64,000 nt of DNA from the NCBI GenBank assembly GCA_964016885.1, contig OZ024741.1, positions 43,400,001 through 43,464,000 of the forward strand, read 5' to 3'. The notes beneath the pieces were generated by a model. The model saw nothing but the letters and a program-made list of their open reading frames with translations. It was not told the origin of the DNA and made no database searches. Positions 27,485-39,735 of this stretch are shown here, one piece after another; the stretch's first letter is position 1, and each line of letters begins with the position of its first letter. The position numbers and the translations under genes are program-made. This DNA is from Eledone cirrhosa. Its lineage: Eukaryota.

Positions 27485-28161
27485 ATAATTGTTTCTGATT
27501 TAGGCACAAAGCCAATCATTTGTGGGCAAAGGAATGTCAATTAAATCAACCCTAGTGCATTACTGATGCTTTATGTTATCGATGCTGTAAGGATGAAATG
27601 CAACGCTAACATCAGCGGGATTTCAACTCAGAACGTAAAGGTCTGTAACTCTGTGCCACGAAGCATAGTGTTCGACGCTCTACGAATACTGCCAATCCAA
27701 TTCACCGCCTTAATAATAATAATAATTGTAATGATTTCTATTATAAACACAAGACCATTAATTATTTGGGGGGGGGGGGGGTGAGAGGGGGGAAGACGAT
27801 GAAATCGAAACCAGTGCATTACTTTACTTTACTTTATCGACTCCGTAAGGATGAAACGTAAAGATAACCTACGCGGGATTTGAAATCAGAACGTAAAGGG
27901 CTGTAACTAAAAGCCACGAAGCATATTGGCCGACGTTATACCGATACTGCTCTGCCAGTGCTCTGTTACAAATGAAATAATTGTTTCTACTGTTGGCACA
28001 AGGCCAGCAATTATCCAGTGCATTACTGGTACTTTATTTTATTGACCCGTATGGATGAAAGGCAAAGTTAACCTCGACGGGATTTGAACTCAGACCATAA
28101 AGGGCCGTAACTCTTTGTTGCAAAGCATGGCGTCCGTCCCTCTACCGATACTGCCAATCCA
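27485..28161 (-). mobile_element. Head-to-tail cluster of three tRNA-derived SINE copies; (AAT)n spacer at 27712-27726
   Basis: Copies lie at ~27485-27709, 27730-27950 and 27977-28161 and share the same core and B-box (reverse complement of gggatttgaactc). Confidence 0.85.
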
Positions 28162-28399
28162 CAAATGAAAAAATGATGTTATGAATTAATTCAATTTAAA
28201 TGTAATTTTATGCAATTTTATGTATAGCAAGATTATTCTTATGAACAGCCAATATTTAAAGTTATTAATTTTTAAACACATATACAAATTATACGTTAAA
28301 ATATAAACATAATTTCATATGTATGTGTATAAATCTATGAGTAGTACATGTATGTAAGTATGTATGTATGCATGTATGCATGTTTTAATTTAATGTGAC

Positions 28400-28925
28400 G
28401 CCCAAAGTAATGGGGAAGAAGGTTGCACTTCCAAAACGACTAAACGTGGCTCCTCTGATGACAGAAGTCAGAACTGAGCTATCGAAGTCTTTTTGAGTCC
28501 ATGTAATGTGGAAAAAAGTGGGAATCATTGAAGAAAGCCGTCTGCGATGTCAGTGCTGAAGTTTTAGGTCATACCAATAGAAAGCCTAAGGACTGGTTCG
28601 ATGAAAACGATGCAGAGTTCCAGACCTTGCTTGAAAAGAAACAAAAAGTGCTGACATGATTGTTGTGTGAGACACATTCTGACAGGAATGACCGGAGCTT
28701 CAAGCAGATCAAGGCTCATGTGCAACATCAATTGAGAGCCTTGCAAGGTACATGGTGGATAAAAAAGGCTGATGAAATCCAGAAAGCCTCAGGTAGACAT
28801 GATACAAAGCTCTTAAACAGTTTGCTCAGGGAGGTGTATGGACCAACCGGTGCACAAATATCACCACTTAGCTCCAAGGACGATAAGTAATTGCTCAGGG
28901 ATCCGATTGAAATCCTGATTCGGTG
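28400..28925 (+). mobile_element. RTE (BovB-like) LINE internal fragment between endonuclease and RT
   Basis: AEVLGHTNRKPKDWFDENDAEFQTLLEKK...LRALQGTWWIKKADEIQKASGRHDTK...LREVYGP. Confidence 0.8.
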
Positions 28926-29196
28926 TATTCAGCTCACGATCGCAATGTCACACGTTAGATTCCCGATGGTGTGTTGTCTCCTGGAGAATGAAACTTTATG
29001 CAACGTTGCTCCTGTTCTCGCAGCTCGAGTTTTACTTCACTGTGTGAAACTGAATCTCTCTGAGAAGAGGGTAAAAATGAAAAAAATGAGAGAGGGAGAG
29101 ATATGCCGTAAAAGCGTTAGAGAAATCATTCAAAGAAAATAGGGTAACCGAATAGTGTATTTAATTCTGTATTAGTTCTACACACTTATAACGTAG

Positions 29197-29248
<52 letters not shown>

Positions 29249-32109
29249 TGAAACCAAAATGTGGGATTGAATACTCATATTAATTAATACATTTGGACTA
29301 ATTAAAACAGATACAAACGCATGCATTACTCAAGTCTTAGGAACTACATAAAGACACTAGAAAATAAAATTGCAAGACACTGCTCTCATATTAGTTAGAA
29401 TACATGAGTACAATATGTAGAAACCGGATAACGGAAAGATCAAGAAATTCACTCTGCATTTATAAGGATCCATGTTTGATTGCACCCTGTTGATTTTTGG
29501 TGCCATTCGCCATAGCCTCGGGTAAATTCAATCTTTTTTAGTTATACATCGTTAACGGAAAATGCTTCTACATCAGTCAGCTTTATTGAATTTCTATCTC
29601 TCTATCGCGCTTCCTAGAAGAAAGTTGCTGCCTGCAGACCTGACAAGGTCCAAATGCTCAAGATATGCTGTACGTTACGTCCGCTCAGGTATAGACAGGT
29701 ATGGGCAGTTAATTTACTACAAAAGCCATGCCTGCTTTCGAATTACGAACCTTCCATTTTGCAAATAATACATTTTCACACTTTCTTTTCTTTCTGACAA
29801 TAACGTTGAAGTTGATGTTTGTAGTAGTTTAAAATAGTTAAAACCTTCCCTGTGATATTCCACCTTCGGTCATTTCGATTTTCTTTTAATTCCTAAGTGC
29901 TTCAGAACATAACCTTAAAGTAGATGGAAAAAAAGAACTTCACTGAATTATTTAATAGATGAACAATAAACTACATTAGAGGACATGGAAAAAAATACAT
30001 AACTGAATGAATAAATGTTCCAAATTTATGGTAATTTAATTAAACAAAATGCTCTTTAAATGTTTGAGGGAAAAATCAAATAAAACTCCCGCCTATAACT
30101 ACATTATTATAATCTACTAGAAACGTACTGGTGAATTACGATAACGACAACGATAAACACTGCAGAAACAAAAGTATATATATACATGCCAAAAATATTG
30201 GCAAAAATGAAAAAGAACTACTAACGCACATGAGCAAACATGTTTATATAAAAAAAATATATATATATATATTAATAATAATGTAAAGAAAACTTAGAAG
30301 TTATATTTAGGAATTGTCTCTAAAATATTATAAATTGTATCTGCTTTTCATGCTTTAAAATATTTTGATAGTTTTAAAGTGAAAATGTGTGCAACTTTTC
30401 CATTAAAAAGTATAATAATGGCTTGTCATATCGATACGATAACATACGGTTTTAGCGTATTTCCATAGGCATGATGCATGTGTGGTACACATTTTATCGA
30501 CCACAGAAAAAAATGAAAGATACAGTTTACTCCAATAAAATGTGACCTTTCAACCTAAGAGAAGTATATTAAATGTTGATGTCTAATTTAGGCGCAAGGC
30601 CAGTATATTTTGGAAAAGACAAAGTTTATTAAATGAACCACATTACTTGACTTGTATTGCTAATTATCGCTTTAAGTAGGATAAAATATACGAAAAATTG
30701 ATATGCAACATTGGTACAACACTTTATGGTATGAGTGAAGGCATTTAATCGCCAACATTTTTATTAACAAGTACTGCTATATTTACATGGATCTTCCCCC
30801 AGACACCATGTGTTTCAAATTTCTATCTACTTTCTATTTAAGATATATGTAACTGAATATTTACTTAAATATATGACTATATTTAAGAAATAACTTAATT
30901 TAATGCGGCAATTACATTCAAAATCCACATTCAGTGCCAAACAGTTTTAAGCGACAATCGGGACCTAAAAGGTATATAGAAATATATCTCTGATAGATTT
31001 TGAAACAATTATGAAAGCCTGAACGTGTTTTGTCAATTTTGTCGTGGCTATGCATTTTAAACGGCAGCAACTTGAAATGAACTTAGTTCACGACACCACA
31101 GACAACAGGTTGGGAACTGATGGCATTATTTATTATATCACCCACTGTATTTGATTTCTATTTATTTCATTGGTGCCCCAGTACGATGAAATCCAAGTTG
31201 AACAAAGCGGGAGGAATTTTAGAGGAATATTGATCTCAGTAAAGCATGACTGAGAAGGATATAGGGGAGTCGATATTTGGGAGAAAGGGAAATAGGAGGT
31301 TTTGAAAAAATGACAGAAAAATACTTTACTTTGAGGCAAAGATGCTATCAGACAATCCAGCCGTTTCCAACCACTTACGTTTAAAAGCAAAACGTATTTT
31401 GTATTCCCTTACTGACAGAAATGTTTGCATCAATGGGAGGAGTGGAATGCTAGTATCTAAAATGCTATCATATCCATAAACGCTACTTCATAGTCAACTT
31501 TATTTAGATTCACCATTAAAAAAGTAAAAGTATTAACAGCTCTTCTGAAAAACAATGCAGAAACATACGACTGAATCTACCGGAAAATACAGAGCATGGT
31601 TAACAACATCGAGATAAATAAACTAGCAGTTCTTTAATAAGGCTTGGTAACATGGGGTTCCCCGAAAACACTATGTTGGTGGGGACGAGAGACCGGACAT
31701 GTTTCAATCTGATGTATAATACATAACAGCTGAATCCGTTAATGGAACATTTGAGTTAGAAGCACAAAAGTGTTTCTCTACTTTGATGAAATACGATGAT
31801 ACAGTTTTACAGTTTAATGTAATACAATGTGAGATGCGATGAGAGGAACTGCAGGGTGATATTAACTGATAAAAGCTGAGTAGCACAAAAATCAATTCCT
31901 TTTCACATACATTTTCAGAGACGATAAGTACTATCCTTAGATGTGCATATTCCGTGAGAGAACAACCGAAATATCCTATCTACACGCATGCACATATATG
32001 AAAATGAACGAATCAGTAATACATAATGCTCCATGCTATTTCTATTTCGACATTACATCTGATAATGAGTAAAGAAAAATAAGAAAAATGAGAGACGACT
32101 CAGATGAAC

Positions 32110-32404
<295 letters not shown>

Positions 32405-32689
32405 TACAGACCAACGTGGAAAGAAAGAATAATAAATACAGCAGAAATATATGAGAAAAAAAGAAACAAAATGGCCGTCGGAGATTCTAAACAGCAATGT
32501 CAGAAAAATGTCGCTGTGCTGTTGAACCGTAAGATGTTATCAAGGAAATAGAGATTTTACACGATGAAAGCGCAAGTGATTTTTCTGCTAACGTAGCAAG
32601 CAATAACGTCATCGGAAAGTCATTGAATAAGTGGTGTGTAACCTTTGCGGTAACATGTATATATAACTCATACTGTACAATCAAGCATA

Positions 32690-32700
32690 TACATATATGC

Positions 32701-32754
<54 letters not shown>

Positions 32755-32875
32755 ATGTGTGGTGTGTGTGTGTGCTTGTGCGCGTGTGCGTGTGTGTGTG
32801 TGTGTATGTGTGTACATATAGGTACAAAGTTATATTTTGGGATGGCGATGTTGTCAATATTGCCAATATATAAGC

Positions 32876-32926
<51 letters not shown>

Positions 32927-33033
32927 GGTATGTGTGTCTATAACATATATATACAGACACATAAACATATATCTATATGTCCATATACAATTATATAATG
33001 TATATATATATACATACACACACACATAAATAA

Positions 33034-33119
<86 letters not shown>

Positions 33120-33120
33120 C
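32690..33120. repeat. (TA)n/(TG)n/(CA)n microsatellite cluster
   Basis: Directly visible. Confidence 0.95.
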
Positions 33121-33476
33121 ATACATCTAAATACATTATGAATATTTGGTGTACTGAAATTTATGATGTTGCTCTTAGATATGTTAATAACAGAAAATGT
33201 TGGATCACTTGTTATCTCCCTTCGCAGTTAAATGATGGCATGTAAAGTTCCAATGTGACGTGAGCGCCATTTAGGTTACATTATTTTACTAGGATATGCT
33301 GACATGGAAGACAGTTGTCATGGCTGGGTTAATATTCATTTGTTGAACTGCACAACCACGTATCGCCCACTTACATACGTTGACGCATAGAAGCTCATAT
33401 ATACGCAAACACACATACACACACAATGTATATATATATATATTAATACATATATGTGTGTGTGTATGTGTATACT

Positions 33477-33506
<30 letters not shown>

Positions 33507-33511
<5 letters not shown>

Positions 33512-34286
33512 GAAGGAGTTATGATAAGGAACCAGATGGACCATAACGCACCACAGTACTCAATAATTAAGGTAGTAGAGTGGGTAATAGGAGAAATTAT
33601 GACCCCGACGGCAGAGATCAAGCCGTTTTGGCGGCTATTTCTGGACTAAATTAAGAGTCTTTTTAGTCTGGTAAATAAATAGCCGAACTTTTCAAAAAGT
33701 ACTTCCTTATATGGGAAGATTGTAGTTGTCAAGAGGATTGGTCAAAATTTGTAGCAGACACAGAAAAGTCTATCATGTCAGTGAGTGCGGGGTGGGCGTG
33801 GCTTAACTTGCCTGTAGAACGATAGGGGAGTGGGTAGAGCCGGTCAAGCGTTGAAGGGGAAATCTACACGGCAAATTCTAAGGAATGTGTTTGAAAGTAG
33901 GTCAGAGGAGGTTGCGAACAAGGGTTTCTTTAGAAAAAAGGAGGAGGGATGTTATAGAATTGGTAAATCAAATGGGATTAGGGGACAATGAAAAAATATA
34001 ATAAAAAAGAATATAATAAAAAAAATGAGAGAAAGATATATTAGAATGTAAGATTGGAAAGTGAGAAGTGAAATAAAACAAAAAACTAAGGAGTCTAACA
34101 CAGCTGCTATATTTAGTTGGTTCTGCTTTTTAGGCCAATGCTATAGAATGAGTTGCTGGATGAGAATTATTGAAAATTTAGAATTGGGTATTAAAACTTA
34201 AAAATGAGATGTCGTATTAATTTTTAATACCCAATTCTAAATTTTCAATAATTCTCATCACGCAACTCATTCTATAGCATTGGCCG
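33507..34286 (-). mobile_element. Probable Penelope-like pseudo-LTR remnant between (TA)n tracts, with a terminal hairpin
   Basis: (TA)n flanks both sides. An inverted repeat with ~64-bp arms spans 34133-34285, and a decayed hammerhead topology lies at 33602-33700 on the minus strand. Confidence 0.5.
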
Positions 34287-34316
34287 ATATATATTATTTA
34301 TATATATATATATATA

Positions 34317-34348
<32 letters not shown>

Positions 34349-34385
34349 GAAAGATTTGAATGGATACAGTTTAGTTGAAAGGAAT

Positions 34386-34502
34386 TTATTGACACGTGTT
34401 TCTATAACAGTTACATAACCTAAAACAGCTATCTACAAACTTTTAGTTATGCAGACATTCAATATTTCAATGTTATTATTTACTGTCATTTCATCAGAAT
34501 AA
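34386..34502 (-). ncRNA. Type I hammerhead ribozyme with extended, branched stem II
   Basis: Minus strand reads ttatt CTGATGA a-atgacagt...actgttat-a GAAAC ACGT GTC aataa. All core nucleotides are present, with a palindromic stem III (acacgtgt), a GUC cleavage triplet and a 5-bp stem I. Confidence 0.75.
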
Positions 34503-34704
34503 TATTACTGAGGACCTATTTAGTTTTTATAGAGAATATTAGGAGGAAGGGGTGAAGTTGTTAGAAGAATAGTTGAAGGAGTGGTTTTTCGATAGCAGTG
34601 AGAATTCTTGGTGGCAGTGAGTAATTAGATTCCCATCTGTTGTTTTGACATTTTTTATAGAATATATTATTGGTTATTTTTCTAAATCTATAGAAGGATT
34701 AGAG

Positions 34705-35086
34705 ATAGTAAAGATATGCGTGGTTGGTTTTGTGTTTGCACTTAACATTCAGACTTAAATTTTTCTTTCAAGTGTACGTATTCTTTCACCCACGCATTCA
34801 CACACAAATATATTTGCACACCTCTACAAAATACATATACTCACAATTCACATATTCATACTTACATATATATACACATGCATACACATATATATACACA
34901 CATGTATTCATGTACATACATACGCGCGCATGTGTATACATTTTCATACTCAACTTATCTTTATATATACACACGTATAGACACACACATATATACATAC
35001 ATACTCTAGTCCATGTGTACACACATACACATACATACACATCCATATACACATACATACATACATATATATATATACATATATAC

Positions 35087-35123
<37 letters not shown>

Positions 35124-35146
35124 CACATACATATATACACACATAT

Positions 35147-35181
<35 letters not shown>

Positions 35182-35322
35182 AGCACTTTAATACATGAAT
35201 ACACTTACATCTAACTATACACATCAAACATATATATATATTTACTTATCTATATACATTTTCACATATATATACATACTTATGGACGTTTTTAGACACA
35301 TTCATTATCGCATATTTGTACC
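34705..35322. repeat. Left arm of 618-bp inverted repeat (partner 37797-38414)
   Basis: The arms are reverse complements of equal length, and the supplied ORF translations across the two arms are identical. Confidence 0.95.
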
Positions 35323-35346
35323 CACACAGCAAACGCAACCACAACA

Positions 35347-37668
35347 ATGGAAAAACACTACCTGGATATGTCACTCAAAAACATACCAACCCAAGGTAGA
35401 AAGGAATATTTATTGAGCATGATTCAAAAAACTAATGAATTCATTCGACGTGTCAGGTGGAAAACGCTCCACTATGATAGAAGCCGTATGAACTCAACAT
35501 TGGAAAGTGGTGTAAACAACAAATTCGCTTTTAGGACTTGTAAAAACCCACCCACCAACCCACTATTAGATGCATTTGAGCAGGACCTTATGAACTTAAT
35601 CCTTAAAATTAAATTCAAAGGACGCAACACCAACAGCAAATTACAGAAAGATATAAAAAAACTACTGGACGACCTTAAAAACACCAAAGGAATTGTAGTA
35701 AAAGCGGACAAAACATCAAACCTGTACACTATGGATTGCACTACATACAACAACTTCATTCGAAAAGAATTACATAAAAAATATAGAAAAACGAGTGAAG
35801 TAACCCTTAAGCACATCAATGATGAGGCATGCGAAATAGTGAAAAATCTCGGAATCGAAGATAGGACAGGACCACTCTTACCGGCGGTACCCACTTTCAA
35901 TCTTAAGGACCACAAGGTAAACTTTGATAATGACCCTAAAATTAGATTAATCTGCCCCTCTAAATCAGATATAGGTAAAATAAGCAAATATATCTTAGAT
36001 AGAATCATCCCCCAAATTAAGGCTAAGGTTAACATTAAACTCTGGGGGAAGACCCAAGAAGCAATAAGATGGTTTAATAGCATTAGCAATAAGAATAAAT
36101 CTAAGTTTATCCAGTTTGATATCGATGAATATTACTCATCGATATCACCTGAAACTTTGAATAGAGCCATTAAGTTTGCTAAGGATAACTCCGACCTTAC
36201 AAACGATGAAATTAAGATTATATTAGAAGCTAGGAAAACTATAGTCAAATTTGAGAACAGTTATTGGGTACGTAAAGATAGACCCTCTAACTTTGACATA
36301 ACAATGGGCTCTAACGATTCGGCGGAAATAACTGATATTGTGGGGTTATTTATCGCCTTTAGACTCCAGGAAAAATTCAGCAATCTCCACGGCGGAATAT
36401 ACCGCGACGATGTTCTCCTCCTAGCTAAAAACCTTAATAACCAAAAACTAGAAAAACTACGCAAAGATATAAGAAAACTACTACTCGAAATAGGACTAAC
36501 TATAACATATGAATACAACCTTAAAGTAGTTAACTTCCTGGATGTCACACTCAATTTAAACTCTGGTTTGATTAAACCGTTTCATAAATTGAATGAAAAT
36601 CTCAAATACGTAAATGTTGGGTCTAACCACCCCATCTCTATAATTAAATCTATCCCTAAAAATATTTCCCTTAGAATCTCGGGTCTATCTTCTAACATAC
36701 AAGTATTTAAGGAACACGCCGAGTACTACGATAACGCCCTTAGTAAAGCAGGCTACCTCAACAAAATAGAGTACATAGATGGGAACAATCAAAACACCCA
36801 AAATAAATCCCACATAGGTAGATATAATAACACAACACCAAACCACACTTACTACCATAGTATGCACACCAGTAAACCAACAAACAAAACTAATAGAAAG
36901 CGATGCAAAGAGTACTTATGGTATAACCCCGAATACAATAGCTCCATTAGTACAAATTTACCAGTACTCTTCTTTAAAATAATTAAAAGACATTTTCCCA
37001 CATCACACAAATACCACAAAATCCTAAACCCTACCACTATAAGACTGTCATACTCTACAGCATTAAACCTTGAACAACACATAAAAAAGATCAATACTAG
37101 AAGGTTAAACGAAAACACTAAGAACTTAAGTACAAAGAACCCCCAAAAAACAGTAGACAATACACTACAGAACATAAATAAACCACACCTAAGTTCGTCC
37201 GCAATACTACTCCAGAGAAAACCCAACGTACACAACTGTAACTGCACCTATCCTGACAACTGCCCCCTCGGCAATAACTGCCTGGAAAAAAATATTATTT
37301 ATAAGTGTACCATTAAATCCGGAGGCAACGAGTGGTATTACGTGGGATCAACGGCAACATCGTTTAAATCTCGATTGTATAGGCATTCTTACTCAATAAA
37401 ACACCAGAGCCAAAGAAATGTAACAACTTTAGCAGAGAAAGCTTGGACGCTCAGGGATAGCAGTCAAAAGTTTACCCTAAAATGGGAAAAATTAGCTAAA
37501 ACCCAAAGCTTTTCCAGGAGCCAAAATTTCTGCAAATTGTGTAATCTTGAGATTTATTACATAATCACACACAAGAAGAAACTGCTGAATAACAGAATTG
37601 AACGAACATTATTCTGCCGTCACAGAACTAAAACCCTTTTTTCCCACTACAAGCCGAATATTACATAA
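35347..37668 (+). CDS. Penelope-like reverse transcriptase / GIY-YIG endonuclease, 773 aa, uninterrupted
   Basis: Motifs in order: SLKNIP N-terminus, ADKT, FDIDEYYSSI, ITMGS, YRDD, FLDV, linker CNCTYPDNC (CxCx5C), IIY...YVG nuclease motif, then KW, CKLC and CRH. Confidence 0.93.
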   Translation: MEKHYLDMSLKNIPTQGRKEYLLSMIQKTNEFIRRVRWKTLHYDRSRMNSTLESGVNNKFAFRTCKNPPTNPLLDAFEQDLMNLILKIKFKGRNTNSKLQKDIKKLLDDLKNTKGIVVKADKTSNLYTMDCTTYNNFIRKELHKKYRKTSEVTLKHINDEACEIVKNLGIEDRTGPLLPAVPTFNLKDHKVNFDNDPKIRLICPSKSDIGKISKYILDRIIPQIKAKVNIKLWGKTQEAIRWFNSISNKNKSKFIQFDIDEYYSSISPETLNRAIKFAKDNSDLTNDEIKIILEARKTIVKFENSYWVRKDRPSNFDITMGSNDSAEITDIVGLFIAFRLQEKFSNLHGGIYRDDVLLLAKNLNNQKLEKLRKDIRKLLLEIGLTITYEYNLKVVNFLDVTLNLNSGLIKPFHKLNENLKYVNVGSNHPISIIKSIPKNISLRISGLSSNIQVFKEHAEYYDNALSKAGYLNKIEYIDGNNQNTQNKSHIGRYNNTTPNHTYYHSMHTSKPTNKTNRKRCKEYLWYNPEYNSSISTNLPVLFFKIIKRHFPTSHKYHKILNPTTIRLSYSTALNLEQHIKKINTRRLNENTKNLSTKNPQKTVDNTLQNINKPHLSSSAILLQRKPNVHNCNCTYPDNCPLGNNCLEKNIIYKCTIKSGGNEWYYVGSTATSFKSRLYRHSYSIKHQSQRNVTTLAEKAWTLRDSSQKFTLKWEKLAKTQSFSRSQNFCKLCNLEIYYIITHKKKLLNNRIERTLFCRHRTKTLFSHYKPNIT

Positions 37669-37796
37669 AAGAGGGACATCCCCCAACTATATAAACCTTA
37701 ATCTAGTTAGAAAAATATAAAAACAATTTCTTCTCAACATATATTAATAACCTTAAATTACCATACTAATAATGAAAAGATATGCTAATGAGAATA

Positions 37797-37937
37797 GGTA
37801 CAAATATGCGATAATGAATGTGTCTAAAAACGTCCATAAGTATGTATATATATGTGAAAATGTATATAGATAAGTAAATATATATATATGTTTGATGTGT
37901 ATAGTTAGATGTAAGTGTATTCATGTATTAAAGTGCT

Positions 37938-37972
<35 letters not shown>

Positions 37973-37995
37973 ATATGTGTGTATATATGTATGTG

Positions 37996-38032
<37 letters not shown>

Positions 38033-38414
38033 GTATATATGTATATATATATATGTATGTATGTATGTGTATATGGATGTGTATGTATGTGTATGTGTGT
38101 ACACATGGACTAGAGTATGTATGTATATATGTGTGTGTCTATACGTGTGTATATATAAAGATAAGTTGAGTATGAAAATGTATACACATGCGCGCGTATG
38201 TATGTACATGAATACATGTGTGTATATATATGTGTATGCATGTGTATATATATGTAAGTATGAATATGTGAATTGTGAGTATATGTATTTTGTAGAGGTG
38301 TGCAAATATATTTGTGTGTGAATGCGTGGGTGAAAGAATACGTACACTTGAAAGAAAAATTTAAGTCTGAATGTTAAGTGCAAACACAAAACCAACCACG
38401 CATATCTTTACTAT
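37797..38414. repeat. Right arm of 618-bp inverted repeat (sense pseudo-LTR, truncated before the hammerhead)
   Basis: Reverse complement of 34705-35322. Homology stops abruptly after catatctttactat. Confidence 0.95.
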
Positions 38415-38654
38415 TGCAGCAAACAAATAAAGTACTTGCTTACCTAGTACACTTCAAGAAGTGTGACGACAACAAGTTTAAATGCGCAGTTAATGAAAAA
38501 GATCGATGAAGAATCAACTGTCCTGTGTAGAAACGTACGAAGTAACAGCATAAATAATGGAGTCGTACAAGCAAGGATCAAGAGGCGAAAAAAAATGGAT
38601 ATTGTGGCGGACAGTGAAGTTTCTAAATCGACACATGATATAACTGTCGCTTGG

Positions 38655-38659
38655 ATGAT

Positions 38660-38746
<87 letters not shown>

Positions 38747-38769
38747 GCCGTCGCCGCCGTCGCCGCCGC

Positions 38770-38823
<54 letters not shown>

Positions 38824-38825
38824 CG

Positions 38826-38881
<56 letters not shown>

Positions 38882-39006
38882 TTCTTCTTCTTCTTCTTCT
38901 TCTTCTTCTTCTTCTTCTTCTTCTTCTTCTTCTTCTTCTTCTTCTTCTTCTTCTTCTTCTTCTTCTTCTTCTTCTTCTTCTTCTTCTTCTTCTTCTTCTT
39001 CTTCTT
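38655..39006. repeat. Compound triplet microsatellite (TCG)n-(CCG)n-(TCG)n-(TCT)n forming the tail of the adjacent RTE fragment
   Basis: Directly visible. On the minus strand, (GAA)n starts right after the RTE end. Confidence 0.95.
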
Positions 39007-39170
39007 GAGAGGGTCGTGGGGACAGAGTCCTCAAACACTCCTTCATGCAACTCCTGTCAGAAGCAACCATCTCCAACTGATCCAGCTGGGTCCCTAAGCA
39101 TCTTACTCGGGGTCTACCACTGGGGCTCCTGTCGGTTGGTTTTGCCCGTAAAATCTCTTCTAGTGCCGAT
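39007..39170 (-). mobile_element. RTE-clade (Expander/Rex3-like) 3' terminal fragment
   Basis: RAKPTDRSPSGRPRVRC...QLEMVASDRSCMKECLRTLSPRPSQ followed by (GAA)n. Confidence 0.65.
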
Positions 39171-39576
39171 TTAAAAGACCTACAGAATGGTAATATTGCA
39201 TTTTCTAACCCTTTGACAATAACAATATAATTGAATGAAGTACAAAAATAAAATAAAAATTACAATTTAAAGGGAAGACAAAACATTAAGAAAAAAGTTA
39301 GTATATAGGTGGGACTTATTCTAAACGGCATGCACATATAATGGAACATCTACATCTGTAAGAACTAAAATCTTGAATATGAAGTAAACAGTTACATGGG
39401 ATATTTATTCTGACGCTCTACCATTTCTGCGGAAAGCAAAACATTGTGCAGCTTGTTTGAACGCACGAGTCTTTGCTTCCAGGCGTTTTTCCCTCACTCA
39501 CTTTCTTTTTCATCATCATCATGATCATCATCATATCTCTCTCTCTCTCAGCCCCCCTCTCTCTCACTCTCTCTGG

Positions 39577-39624
<48 letters not shown>

Positions 39625-39704
39625 ATCTCTCTTTCAATATATGCATATATATGTGAGTGCCCATGTGTGTTTGAGTGTTTGGGTGTAATATATATATATA
39701 TACG

Positions 39705-39735
<31 letters not shown>

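Larger units (their letters stand above)
34349..38414 (+). mobile_element. Young Penelope-like element (C-terminal GIY-YIG; Hydra-clade-like motifs) with an inverted 5' pseudo-LTR
   Basis: Intact ORF, inverted repeat 34705-35322 / 37797-38414, hammerhead in the inverted arm, and (TA)n immediately to the left. Confidence 0.88.

Noticed and set aside
22148-28161. Recurring ~190-nt units that could be mistaken for tRNA genes or CRISPR-like repeats
   Set aside because: They are diverged SINE copies with A/B boxes, no cloverleaf and no repeat-spacer regularity, in a eukaryotic context.
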